From Terriglobales bacterium (lineage in GTDB: Bacteria > Acidobacteriota > Aminicenantia > Aminicenantales > Saccharicenantaceae), in contig DATKJS010000009.1 of assembly GCA_035543515.1 (NCBI GenBank), positions 21,324-85,323 on the forward strand: DNA of 64,000 nucleotides, in the 5' to 3' direction. Below are positions 9,762 through 18,177 of the stretch, piece by piece. The notes beneath the pieces are model-generated. The model saw nothing but the letters and a program-made list of their open reading frames with translations, was not told where the DNA came from and did not search any database. A program made the position numbers and the translations under genes. The stretch's first letter is position 1, and each line of letters begins with the position of its first letter.

Positions 9762-10912
9762 TTCTTGACTCCGATCCAGACGATCTCCTCGTCGGCCCTA
9801 TCCTTGGCCAGGGCGTCCGCCGCGACCTCCTTGAACGACTCCGTGGTGATGTCGCGCCCGCCCAGCCCGGCGATGTAGCCGAAGAGCGGCGGCATGCCCG
9901 GCCGGCCGTAGACGGCGGACTTGACCTCCTGGTAGAAGATGCCGCCCGCGCCGTAGGAGCAGTTCCGGTCGACGACGGCCGCCTTCTTGGCCTTGGCGAG
10001 GACCTCGCGGACCCGGTCGAAGGGGAACGGCCGGAAGGCCTTGATGCGGACGTTCCCCGCCTTGACGCCGGAGCGGCGGAGCTCGTCCACTGCGACCCGG
10101 GCGGTGTAACCGGCCGTGCCCGAAGTGACGAACAGGAAATCGGCATCGTCCGACCGATAGGCGTCGATGAGGCCGAGGTCGCGCCCGAAGAGCCGGCCGT
10201 ACTCGCGGCCGGTCTCCTCGATGAGGGCCGGGGCCTTCTCCATGTCCTTCTCGAGCCGGTAGCGGAGCTCCATGTAGTGCTCCGACCCGGTCAGGCCGCC
10301 GAAGGCCCGAGGGTCGGCGGGGGTCAACCTGATGGCGGGCTTGAAGGGCGGCAGGTACTTGTCGACCAGGGCCTGGTCCGGGACGTCGACGACCTCGTAG
10401 GTGTGCGAGAGGGCGAAGGCGTCGAGGATGACCATGGCCGGGATCATCAGCGTCTCGGCGACCTTGAAGGCTTGGATGACCGTGTCCACGACCTCCTGGT
10501 TCGAGGCGCAGTAGAACTGCATCCAGCCCGTGTCGCGCTCGGACAGACTGTCGTTCTGGTCGGTCCAGATCGACCAGCCCGGGGCCATGGACCGGTTAAT
10601 GTTGCCCATGACGACGGGGTGGCGCCCGCCGGCGGCCCAGTGGAGCATCTCGTGCATGAGGGCCAGGCCCTGGGCCGAGGTCGCGGTGAAGGTCCGCGCC
10701 CCGGCGACCGAGGCGCCGATGCAGGAGGCCATGGCCGAGTGCTCGGACTCGACCTTGATGAACTGGGCGTCGAGGGTCCCGTCGGCGCACATCTCCGAGA
10801 GGAGCTCGACGACCTGGGTCTGCGGCGTGATGGGGTAGGCGGAGATGACCTGGGCCCGGGAGAGCATGGCGCCGTAGGACAGCGCGTGGTTGCCCATGAT
10901 GACTTTTTTCAT
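9758..10912 (-). CDS. 2-oxoacid:ferredoxin oxidoreductase, alpha subunit (PorA/VorB-like)
   Basis: MKKVIMGNHALSYGAMLSRAQVISAYPITPQT is the typical alpha-subunit N-terminus. Start set to ATG 10912, which overlaps the delta stop (ATGA); the longer ORF to 11068 overlaps the delta gene. Confidence 0.85.
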   Translation of the reverse strand: MKKVIMGNHALSYGAMLSRAQVISAYPITPQTQVVELLSEMCADGTLDAQFIKVESEHSAMASCIGASVAGARTFTATSAQGLALMHEMLHWAAGGRHPVVMGNINRSMAPGWSIWTDQNDSLSERDTGWMQFYCASNQEVVDTVIQAFKVAETLMIPAMVILDAFALSHTYEVVDVPDQALVDKYLPPFKPAIRLTPADPRAFGGLTGSEHYMELRYRLEKDMEKAPALIEETGREYGRLFGRDLGLIDAYRSDDADFLFVTSGTAGYTARVAVDELRRSGVKAGNVRIKAFRPFPFDRVREVLAKAKKAAVVDRNCSYGAGGIFYQEVKSAVYGRPGMPPLFGYIAGLGGRDITTESFKEVAADALAKDRADEEIVWIGVKK

Positions 10913-11205
10913 CGCCGCTCCTCCACCATGACGATGCACTTGGACGGGCACTCCTCGGCGCAGATGCCGCAGCCCTTGCAGTAGTCGTAATCCACGACCG
11001 GCCACTCGTCGACGATGTCGATCGACGGCTCCGGGCAGAACTTCCAGCAAATGCCGCACTTGATGCACTTGCCGCGGTCGATCTCCGGCCGGATGTTCCG
11101 CCAGGCCCCGGTCAGGTTTTGGGTCTGGTGGCCGACCGAGCAGATCATGAGCGGCATCTCCTCGGCCGAGCTGAAGACGATCTTCTTGGCCTTCTTCGGT
11201 CTCAT
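10909..11205 (-). CDS. 2-oxoacid:ferredoxin oxidoreductase, delta subunit (2x[4Fe-4S] ferredoxin-like)
   Basis: Two CxxCxxCxxxCP motifs (CIKCGICWKFCP and CKGCGICAEECP) in 98 aa. Confidence 0.85.
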   Translation of the reverse strand: MRPKKAKKIVFSSAEEMPLMICSVGHQTQNLTGAWRNIRPEIDRGKCIKCGICWKFCPEPSIDIVDEWPVVDYDYCKGCGICAEECPSKCIVMVEERR

Positions 11206-11217
11206 GGCGTCCCTCCC

Positions 11218-11760
11218 TCAGGCCTTTTCATAAGCTTCCCGGGCCGCCTGGACGTTGTCCTCCGGCTTGATGGCGATGCCGTCCCGGATGGCCGCGGCCA
11301 GGGACTCGAACTTGGTCAAGCCGAGGATCTTGATGACGGCCCCGGCGATGGCCGTGTTGACGATGGGCGCAGCCAGGCTGCCGAGCTGGTGGGCGACGGC
11401 GATCTTGGTGGCGTCGATGGCCCGGACCTTGAACTTGCCGTGGAAGGCGAACTCCTCGGGCCGGCGGTCGCTGTTGATGATGATCGTCCCGCCGGGCTTG
11501 AGACCCTCGGTGACGTCGATGGCCTCGGCCAGGGTCGGGTCGACGACGACGACATCGTCCGGCGTGTAAATGCGGCTCTTGTCATAGATGGGCTTGTCGT
11601 CGATCCGGATGAAGGCGACGACCGGAGAGCCCCGGCGCTCGACGCCGAACTCGGGATAGGCCTGGACCCAGTTGCCCTCCTTGGCGATGGCGTCGGCCAG
11701 GATCTTGGAGGCGACGACCGTGCCCTGGCCGCCGCGTCCGTGGAAACGGATTTCGACCAT
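11218..11760 (-). CDS. 2-oxoacid:ferredoxin oxidoreductase, gamma subunit
   Basis: N-terminal IRFHGRGGQGTVVASKILA (GRGGQG motif), 180 aa, first gene of the gamma-delta-alpha-beta operon. AAGGAG RBS upstream. Confidence 0.85.
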   Translation of the reverse strand: MVEIRFHGRGGQGTVVASKILADAIAKEGNWVQAYPEFGVERRGSPVVAFIRIDDKPIYDKSRIYTPDDVVVVDPTLAEAIDVTEGLKPGGTIIINSDRRPEEFAFHGKFKVRAIDATKIAVAHQLGSLAAPIVNTAIAGAVIKILGLTKFESLAAAIRDGIAIKPEDNVQAAREAYEKA

Positions 11761-11792
11761 GTCCGGCTCCTTGTTTGAAGGGATGAAGCGAT

Positions 11793-11822
11793 ATTATATG
11801 CCGGGCGGCGGGCCAAGGTCAA
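11793..11822 (-). promoter_or_regulatory. Sigma-70-type promoter of the oxidoreductase operon (TTGACC-N18-TATAAT)
   Basis: On the minus strand: TTTTTTTTGACC ttggcccgccgcccggca TATAAT. It lies about 30 nt upstream of the AAGGAG RBS and ATG 11760, with a T8 run directly upstream of the -35 hexamer. Confidence 0.55.
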
Positions 11823-11850
11823 AAAAAAGGTTCTTCTCCGGATTCCGGAG
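11821..11850 (-). terminator. Possible intrinsic terminator after the thiC/endonuclease IV-like genes
   Basis: Minus strand CTCCGG-aat-CCGGAG hairpin followed 7 nt later by T8. The stem is short and the gap to the T-run is longer than classical. Confidence 0.3.
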
Positions 11851-11904
11851 GAATCTCTCTCCCCGGCTTGGCTCAGGGCATTGCCTCTAGCTCCCCGGCC
11901 CCCT

Positions 11905-11941
11905 GGGAACCAGTTCGCACGGTTCCCCCCCGCTTCGCGGG
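11905..11941. repeat. Two adjacent GC hairpins (GGGAACC-N9-GGTTCCC, then CCCGC-TTC-GCGGG) resembling the first two hairpins of the 115-nt core repeat
   Basis: The stem sequence GGGAACC/GGTTCCC and the following CCCG..CGGG hairpin match the architecture at 59796-59840. The shared sequence is short, so the relationship is tentative. Confidence 0.25.
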
Positions 11942-11954
11942 TCCCCTCTCCAGC

Positions 11955-12821
11955 TTAGCGCGGCACCGGGGAGCTCTTGAGCGCCTGCGACCGGTAAAGG
12001 TCCTTGAGCATGAGCGCATCGCGCTCGAGGTTGGGGCTCTCGCAGATGATCAGGCCCTCCACGCCGAAGTCCCGCAGCGCCTGGAGCCACTGCTCGGTGC
12101 GGAAGTCGGCCTCGTCGAGGTTGAGGTGCTTGACCTCGCCGCCGTGGTTGTAGTGGATGCCGGCGATGTGGATGTGGGCGTTCTTGAGGGCCGATGGCCC
12201 GAGCTTGCGGGCGACCTTGCCCAGGACGCGCTCGAACTCAGCGTAGGAGTTGACCTTGCCTTCCCGCGCGTAGATGTGGGAGAAGTCCAGGCACGGCCGA
12301 AGGCCGTCGACCTCCCGGCAGAGGAGGAGGACCTCGTCGAGCGTCCCGTACTGCGACCGCTTGCCCATGGTCTCGATGCGGACGACGGCCGGGAGCCGCT
12401 CGCGCCGGACGATGGACATGACGGCCGAGACGCCCTGGCGGGTCGCGGCGTGCGCCTTCTCGGGCGTGTCCTTGCCGTAGAAGCCGGCGTGGAAAACGAC
12501 GGACCCGGCGCCGCAGGCCGAGCCGACCCGGACCGAGCTCAGGAGTCGCTCCTGGCTGTGCAGCCGGACCCCTGGGTCCTCCGAGTTGAAATTGATGTAA
12601 TAGGGAGCGTGGACGCTCAGCCGGAGGCCGAGGGCGGCGGCCTTGTCCCGGACCTTGCGGGCCGTGTCGAGGCCCATCTTGACGCCCTTGACGAACTCGA
12701 TCTCGAGCCCGTCCAGGCCGAGCTCCTTGATGCGGTCTAGGGCAGCCAGTGTCGACGCGTCGTCCGCGGAGAGGGGCACGCCGGCCGTGCCGAAGAGCAG
12801 CCGCCTAGGCGCAGCCGGCAT
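11955..12821 (-). CDS. Endonuclease IV-like AP endonuclease family 2 (xylose isomerase-like TIM barrel)
   Basis: Motifs [30 protein letters not shown] and HIHIAGI match the metal-ligand His/Asp/Glu pattern of endonuclease IV-type enzymes. Confidence 0.7.
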   Translation of the reverse strand: MPAAPRRLLFGTAGVPLSADDASTLAALDRIKELGLDGLEIEFVKGVKMGLDTARKVRDKAAALGLRLSVHAPYYINFNSEDPGVRLHSQERLLSSVRVGSACGAGSVVFHAGFYGKDTPEKAHAATRQGVSAVMSIVRRERLPAVVRIETMGKRSQYGTLDEVLLLCREVDGLRPCLDFSHIYAREGKVNSYAEFERVLGKVARKLGPSALKNAHIHIAGIHYNHGGEVKHLNLDEADFRTEQWLQALRDFGVEGLIICESPNLERDALMLKDLYRSQALKSSPVPR

Positions 12822-14112
12822 CGCCCTTCCCGTCCGGGTCGAGGAACTCGCCGACGATGCGCATGGCGCAGAAGTCCCCGCACATGGAGCAGGCCCGGGT
12901 CCGGGAGCGTCGCCGCCTCCGGACGGCGTCGAAGCGGGCCGGGTCGAGGGCGAGCGCCCTCTGCCCGTCCCAGTCGAGGCGCTTGCGGGCCCGGGACAGG
13001 GCGCGGTCCCGCTCGAGGGCGCCGGCGACGCCCTTGACGATGTCGGCGGCGTGGGCGGCGATTCTCGAGGCCATGAGCCCCTCGCGGACGTCGTCGAGCG
13101 TCGGCAGGCCCAGGTGCTCGGCCGGCGTCACGTAGCAGAGAAAGTCCGCCCCGGCCGCGGCGGCGACGGCCCCGCCGATGGCCGAGACGATGTGGTCGTA
13201 GCCGGGGGCGATGTCCGTGACGAGCGGACCCAAAACGTAGAACGGGGCTTCCTGGCAGAGCCGCTTCTCGAGGCGGATGTTCATCTCGACCTGGTCGAGC
13301 GGGACATGGCCGGGGCCCTCGACCATGACCTGAACACCGGCCTCCCGGGCCCGCCTGACGAGCTCGCCGAGGGTCAGCAGCTCCTCGACCTGCGGGCGGT
13401 CGGTCGCATCGAGGACGGAGCCGGGCCGGAGGCCGTCGCCCAGGCTCAGGGTGACGTCGCGCTTGCGAGCGATGTCGAGGAGGCGGTCAAAGCGCGCGTA
13501 GAAGGGATTCTCCCGGCCGCCATGGAGCATGCACGCCAAATGGAACGCCCCGCCGCGCGAGACGATGTCGGCCACCCGCCCCTGCTTCTTCAGCCGCTCG
13601 ACGGCGCGCAGGGTCAGGCCGGCGTGGATGGTCATGAAGTCGACGCCCTCCAGGGCCTGGGCCTCGACGGCCTCGAACAGGTCGTCCTCGGTCATGTCGA
13701 CGATGGCCTTGCGGCGCTCGATGGCCTTGACCGCGGCCTGGTAGATGGGCACGGTCCCCAGCGGCACGGGTGAGCGGGCCAGCATCGTCCGCCGGATCCG
13801 GCCGAGGTCGCCGCCGGTGCTGAGGTCCATGACCGAGTCGGCCCCGTATTCTAGGCTGACCTTGAGCTTGGCCAGCTCGTCGGCCAGGTGGGGGAAATCG
13901 CGGGAGGTGCCGAGGTTGACGTTGACCTTGGTCCGCAGCCCCCGGCCGATGGCGGAGGGACGGGGGGGGGAGTGGCGGGGGTTCGAGGGGACGACGGCCA
14001 AGCCGGCGGCGACGAGGCCGGCCAGCTCCTCCGGCGGCAGGCCCTCGGCCGCGGCCGCCTTCCTCACGGCCCGGGTGAGGATACCCTTCCTTGCACGCTC
14101 GATCTGGCCCAT
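12805..14112 (-). CDS. thiC: Phosphomethylpyrimidine synthase ThiC (radical SAM)
   Basis: Strong ThiC-like sequence throughout, with the C-terminal Fe-S motif [10 protein letters not shown]. Start set to ATG 14112 ([10 protein letters not shown]) behind GGAAAGGGAAAC; the longer ORF to 14217 runs through the predicted promoter. Confidence 0.9.
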   Translation of the reverse strand: MGQIERARKGILTRAVRKAAAAEGLPPEELAGLVAAGLAVVPSNPRHSPPRPSAIGRGLRTKVNVNLGTSRDFPHLADELAKLKVSLEYGADSVMDLSTGGDLGRIRRTMLARSPVPLGTVPIYQAAVKAIERRKAIVDMTEDDLFEAVEAQALEGVDFMTIHAGLTLRAVERLKKQGRVADIVSRGGAFHLACMLHGGRENPFYARFDRLLDIARKRDVTLSLGDGLRPGSVLDATDRPQVEELLTLGELVRRAREAGVQVMVEGPGHVPLDQVEMNIRLEKRLCQEAPFYVLGPLVTDIAPGYDHIVSAIGGAVAAAAGADFLCYVTPAEHLGLPTLDDVREGLMASRIAAHAADIVKGVAGALERDRALSRARKRLDWDGQRALALDPARFDAVRRRRRSRTRACSMCGDFCAMRIVGEFLDPDGKGDAGCA

Positions 14113-14151
14113 GGTTTCCCTTTCCGAGGATGCCGTTCCGGCCGAAAACTC

Positions 14152-14180
14152 AGTATAGATGACCCCCCGGGGGCTGTCAA
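14152..14180 (-). promoter_or_regulatory. Sigma-70-type promoter of thiC (TTGACA-N17-TATACT)
   Basis: Minus strand: cTTGACA gcccccggggggtcatc TATACT. It leaves a leader of only about 35-45 nt before ATG 14112. Confidence 0.55.
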
Positions 14181-14200
14181 GAAAACGGACGCCTCGGACG

Positions 14201-14232
14201 GGGGGTGAGACGGCCATGGATTTCTCACCCCC
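14201..14232. other. 10-bp perfect GC-rich hairpin/palindrome (GGGGGTGAGA-N12-TCTCACCCCC)
   Basis: Inverted repeat read directly from the sequence. It sits in the divergent thiC/wzx intergenic region, upstream of the predicted thiC promoter, and the loop contains CCATGG. Confidence 0.6.
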
Positions 14233-14448
14233 GGCGGTGATGCGGGACGGGGGATTTTCACCCCTGGATTCATCCGGCCGGACGATTGTCCCCCAGGGGA
14301 GGCCCCCTTATGCTGGGCCCGTGGTGCGCCCCATGACACGCACATCGTCTTTCATGGCGGTTTTTGCTATCATGGGCTCCCTTGCCTTCCGCACCAGCCT
14401 GTAGAAGACCCGAGGACCGTGAGCGCGAGTGGGCGCTTGCCGTCCATC

Positions 14449-14460
14449 GGCGGTAGCCTG
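14449..14460 (+). promoter_or_regulatory. ops/JUMPStart-like element GGCGGTAGCCTG in the leader of the polysaccharide operon
   Basis: Exact GGCGGTAG core and 11/12 match to enterobacterial ops GGCGGTAGCGTG. It is on the sense strand, about 30 nt upstream of the wzx ATG. Confidence 0.5.
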
Positions 14461-14492
14461 TCTGAAAAGCGGCAGACCCGACGGACAAGACC

Positions 14493-16067
14493 ATGACCGA
14501 CGCCCGACGTCCCGCGCCGGACGGACCGCTGGAGATCCGCCACGGCCTGCTCTTCCGGAACACCGCCCTTAACCTCGTCGGCCTGGTCGTGCCCCTGCTC
14601 GCCGGCTTCGCCGCCATCCCCTTCGTCGTTCGCGGCCTCGGCGCACAACGCTTCGGCATCCTGTCGCTCGTCTGGGTCGTCTTCGGCTACTTCGGCCTGT
14701 TCGACCTCGGGCTGGGGCGGACGACGACGAAATACGTCGCCGAAGCCCTGGGGAAGGGCGAGACGCGGGACGTTCCCGGCTGCGTCTGGACAGCCGTCTT
14801 CCTGCAAGCGGGAATCGGCGCGGCCGGGGCCCTGCTCCTGGTCCTGCTGAGCCCGTTCGTCACCATGCATTTCCTGAAGATCCCCGGCCGGTTCGTCCCG
14901 GAGACGGTGCGGACCCTGCGCCTGGTCGGCTGGTCGCTGCCGGTCATGTTCGTCAGCTCGTCGTTCCGCGGCGTCCTCGAGGCCGCCCAGAGGTTCGACC
15001 TGGTCAACGCCGTCAAGGTTCCGGTCAATGTCCTGTTCTACGTCCTGCCGCTCGCCGGGACGGCCCTCGGCTACGGCCTGCCCGGCATCGTCGTCCTCCT
15101 CCTCGCCTCGCGCGCCGCCGGGCTTCTCGCCTGGGGCTGGCTCGGCCTCCGCGTCCTGCCCGTGCTGAGGACGCCGCCCCGGCTCGACCGGCGCCTCCTC
15201 GGGCCCCTCCTCACCTTCAGCGGCTGGCTGGCCCTTTCGAGCGTCCTCTACGCGCTGAGCTCGTCGGTCGACCGGCTGGCCATCGGCGCCGTCCTGACGG
15301 TCGGCGCGGTGACGTTCTACAGCGCCCCTTTCGAAGCGATCAATCGCGTCGGCGTCGTGCCCGGGAGCCTGGCCATGGTCCTCTTCCCGGCCTTCAGCTC
15401 GCTCAATGGCGGACGGCTCACGGAAAAGGCCGAGGAGCTCTTCGCCCGCTCGACGAAGCTGCTCCTCCTTTCGACAGGCCCGGTCCTGATCCTCCTCATC
15501 TTCTTCGCCAAAGACTTCCTGCGGCTCTGGCTGGGCGCCGACTTCGCCCGGACGAGCACGCCGGCCGTCCAGCTCCTGGCGGCCGGGTTCCTGGTCAACT
15601 GCGTCATCGCCGTGCCCAATAACTACCTGATGGGCATCGGGCGCGTGGACATCGCGCCGAAATACCAGCTGGTCGAGCTCTTCGTCTACGCGGGGCTGGC
15701 CTGGGCCGGGGCGAAGCTGTGGGGGATCACCGGCGTCGCCTTGGCCACGGCCATCAGGCTGGCCGGCTTCTCGGCCTTCCTGTTCGCCGCCTCCTTCACG
15801 GCCGGTGGGGTCCGCTTCCGGCCGTTCTGGCGGGCCGGGGCGCGGCGGGCCGTGACGGCGCTGATTCTCTATGCCGCGGCCCTCGGCCTCGACGTTTTGG
15901 CCGGGTTGTTGCATTGGGGCGCGGCCGTGATCACGGCCGGGTTCATGGCCGTGGCCTATTGCCGCCTGCTCGACCCCGCGGAGCGGGAGTTCCTCAGGAC
16001 CCGGCTCCTCTTCCACCGCGCCGGCGGGCGGCCCGTCGCCGCGGCCGGGCCGGGAGGCGTTTCATGA
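14493..16067 (+). CDS. Wzx-type polysaccharide/O-unit flippase (MOP superfamily)
   Basis: 524 aa with 12 or more hydrophobic spans. The N-terminal region (FRNTALNLVGLVVPLLAGFAAIPFVVRGLGAQRFGILSL) is typical of polysaccharide biosynthesis/export flippases. Confidence 0.75.
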   Translation: MTDARRPAPDGPLEIRHGLLFRNTALNLVGLVVPLLAGFAAIPFVVRGLGAQRFGILSLVWVVFGYFGLFDLGLGRTTTKYVAEALGKGETRDVPGCVWTAVFLQAGIGAAGALLLVLLSPFVTMHFLKIPGRFVPETVRTLRLVGWSLPVMFVSSSFRGVLEAAQRFDLVNAVKVPVNVLFYVLPLAGTALGYGLPGIVVLLLASRAAGLLAWGWLGLRVLPVLRTPPRLDRRLLGPLLTFSGWLALSSVLYALSSSVDRLAIGAVLTVGAVTFYSAPFEAINRVGVVPGSLAMVLFPAFSSLNGGRLTEKAEELFARSTKLLLLSTGPVLILLIFFAKDFLRLWLGADFARTSTPAVQLLAAGFLVNCVIAVPNNYLMGIGRVDIAPKYQLVELFVYAGLAWAGAKLWGITGVALATAIRLAGFSAFLFAASFTAGGVRFRPFWRAGARRAVTALILYAAALGLDVLAGLLHWGAAVITAGFMAVAYCRLLDPAEREFLRTRLLFHRAGGRPVAAAGPGGVS

Positions 16068-17239
16068 CGGCGCTCCCGCGGGCCGCCGTCCTCCACCCCG
16101 ACCTCCGGGGCGGGGCCGGTTCCGAGGGCGTGGCCGCCTGGCTGGCCCGGGCGCTCCGGGACACGGCCCGGGTGACGCTCGTCAGCATGGGGCCCATCGA
16201 CCTCCCGAAGCTCGATGGGCTGTACGGGACGGACCTCGCCGGCTCGGGCGTCGGAACGGTCTCCCTGCGGGTGCCGCCGGGTCCGGCCGGCCGCTTCGAT
16301 GCCCTGCGGGCCTACCGCCTGGGCCGCTGGGCCAAGGACCACGGGGCGGAATGGGATATCCTCTTTTCGGCCTATAACGTCATGGACTTCGGCCGTCCCG
16401 GAGTCCAGCTCCTCGCGGACGTCAGCTTCGACGACGGCTTGCGGCGCTCGCTCCATCCCTCCGCCGCAGGGGTGAAACGCCTGCTCTACGCGAAGTCTCC
16501 GCTGCGGTCCCTTTATCTCGGGCTCGGGCGGGCGCTGGCGGGCCAGTCCCGGCCCGGCTGGCGCCGGAACCTGACCTATGCCAGCTCGGCCTGGCTGCGG
16601 GACGTCTTCGAGCGCCGCTTCGGCTTTCCCTGCGGCGTCCTCTATCCGCCGGTCGTCGTCGCCGCCGCCGCGGCCGTGCCGTGGGAGGAGCGCGAGAACG
16701 GCTTCGTCGTCCTGGCCCGGCTGGCCCCGGAGAAGGGCGTCGAGCGCGCGATCTCGGTCCTGGATGAGGTCCGGCGATCCGCGCCGAGCGTTCATCTCCA
16801 CATCCTTGGCCGCGCCGACGACCGGGTCACGACCGAAGCCGTGCGCCGACTCTGCCGGGAGCGGGCTGGCTGGGCGAGCTACGAGGGGTGCGTGGACGGG
16901 AAGGCCAGGGACGCGCTCCTGGCCCGCCACCGCTACGGGCTCTCCGGCTGCCGCCACGAGGCCTTCGGCATCGGCGTCGCCGAGATGGTCAAGGCGGGGA
17001 TGATCGTCTGGGTCCCGGGGGCCGGCGGCCAGGTCGAGGTCGTCGGCGACGGCGACCTCGCCTACGAGGACGAGCGGGATGCGGCCCGGAAGATCGTTCC
17101 CGTCCTCGGCGACGCGGCGCGCCAGGCCGACCTTCGGCGCCGGCTGGAGGCCCGCGGCGCCCTGTTCTCAACGGACCGCTTCATCACGGAGGTCCGGGGC
17201 ATCGTGAGCGGGTTCCTCGGGCGGGAGGCGGGCCGATGA
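16064..17239 (+). CDS. Glycosyltransferase family 4 (GT-B, Glycos_transf_1)
   Basis: C-terminal EX7E-type motif (RHEAFGIGVAEM) and the LARLAPEKGV pattern. The ATG overlaps the wzx stop (ATGA). Confidence 0.75.
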   Translation: MTALPRAAVLHPDLRGGAGSEGVAAWLARALRDTARVTLVSMGPIDLPKLDGLYGTDLAGSGVGTVSLRVPPGPAGRFDALRAYRLGRWAKDHGAEWDILFSAYNVMDFGRPGVQLLADVSFDDGLRRSLHPSAAGVKRLLYAKSPLRSLYLGLGRALAGQSRPGWRRNLTYASSAWLRDVFERRFGFPCGVLYPPVVVAAAAAVPWEERENGFVVLARLAPEKGVERAISVLDEVRRSAPSVHLHILGRADDRVTTEAVRRLCRERAGWASYEGCVDGKARDALLARHRYGLSGCRHEAFGIGVAEMVKAGMIVWVPGAGGQVEVVGDGDLAYEDERDAARKIVPVLGDAARQADLRRRLEARGALFSTDRFITEVRGIVSGFLGREAGR

Positions 17240-18177
17240 GCGCCGTCCGCCGGGACCTGGCCTTCGTCGTGGCGACCATGGACCGGCCGGGGCCATTGTC
17301 CCGGTTGCTCGAAAGCCTGGCCGCGCAGACAGTCGTGCCGGCCGAGGTCGTCGTCGTCGACGGCGGCGCGGCGCCGGCCGCCGACCTCTGCTGGGGGCCA
17401 CGGCCGTTCGCCGTGCGTCATATCCCGTTCCGGCCGCCCTCGACGGCGCGGCAGCGGAACGCCGGGCTCGAGGCCGTGTCCTCGGGCATCGCCTTCGTCG
17501 GCTTCCTCGACGACGACGTCCTCCTCGAACCGGGGGCGGTCGGGGCGATGATGGCCTTCTTCGACGCCGCGGCCGCGGAGGTCGGCGGCGCGGCCTTCAA
17601 CATGTCGAACCATCCGCCGCTCCGGGCGGCCCGCTGGAAGTCGTCGCGCTTCGCCGAGCGGGCCGGCCTCTATGGCCGCCGGCCGGGGGCCGTCATGAAG
17701 TCGGGGTTCCAGACGATGATCGGGCCGCTCGCGGCCGACCTCCGCACGGACTGGCTGCCGAGCGGCGCGGTCGTCTGGCGCCGCGACGTCCTGCGCCGGA
17801 CGAAGTTCGACGATTGGTTCGCCGACTACGGCTACCTCGAGGACCTGGACCTCAGCTACCGCGCCGGCAAGTCTTCCGTCCTCGTGGCCGTGGCGGGCGC
17901 CCGCTATTCCCACCACCCGGATGCCTCGCCCCGCCCCGACCCGTACCGCTTCGGGCGGAAGGAGGTCGCCAACCGGCTCCGGTTCGTGGCCAAGAACCCG
18001 GAGCTCTCGCCGGCGCTCTGCCGGCTGGCCCTCGTCGTGCGGATGGTCATGAGCCTCTCGGACGGGCTCTTCCTCGGCCAACGCGCGGAACTCCGGCGCG
18101 TCCGGGGGAACATGGCCGGCTTCTTAGGCCCGGGGCCGGGGCCGGAGGCGGCCCGGCGGAAACGGAACGGACGATGA
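17236..18177 (+). CDS. Glycosyltransferase family 2 (GT-A)
   Basis: N-terminal LAFVVATMDRPGPLSRLLESL and the DxD-type VGFLDDDV motif. The ATG overlaps the upstream stop (ATGA). Confidence 0.8.
   Translation: MSAVRRDLAFVVATMDRPGPLSRLLESLAAQTVVPAEVVVVDGGAAPAADLCWGPRPFAVRHIPFRPPSTARQRNAGLEAVSSGIAFVGFLDDDVLLEPGAVGAMMAFFDAAAAEVGGAAFNMSNHPPLRAARWKSSRFAERAGLYGRRPGAVMKSGFQTMIGPLAADLRTDWLPSGAVVWRRDVLRRTKFDDWFADYGYLEDLDLSYRAGKSSVLVAVAGARYSHHPDASPRPDPYRFGRKEVANRLRFVAKNPELSPALCRLALVVRMVMSLSDGLFLGQRAELRRVRGNMAGFLGPGPGPEAARRKRNGR

Noticed and set aside
14113-14300. TPP (THI-box) riboswitch expected upstream of thiC; fragments such as CUGAG, GGGGGUGAGAAAUCC and AGGGAA occur on the minus strand
   Set aside because: The fragments are in the wrong order and spacing for the P2-P3-CUGAGA-ACCC-P4/P5 architecture. 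The pyrophosphate-sensor helix sequence is absent. A near-consensus promoter sits inside the region a riboswitch would need. Only a covariance-model search could overturn this.
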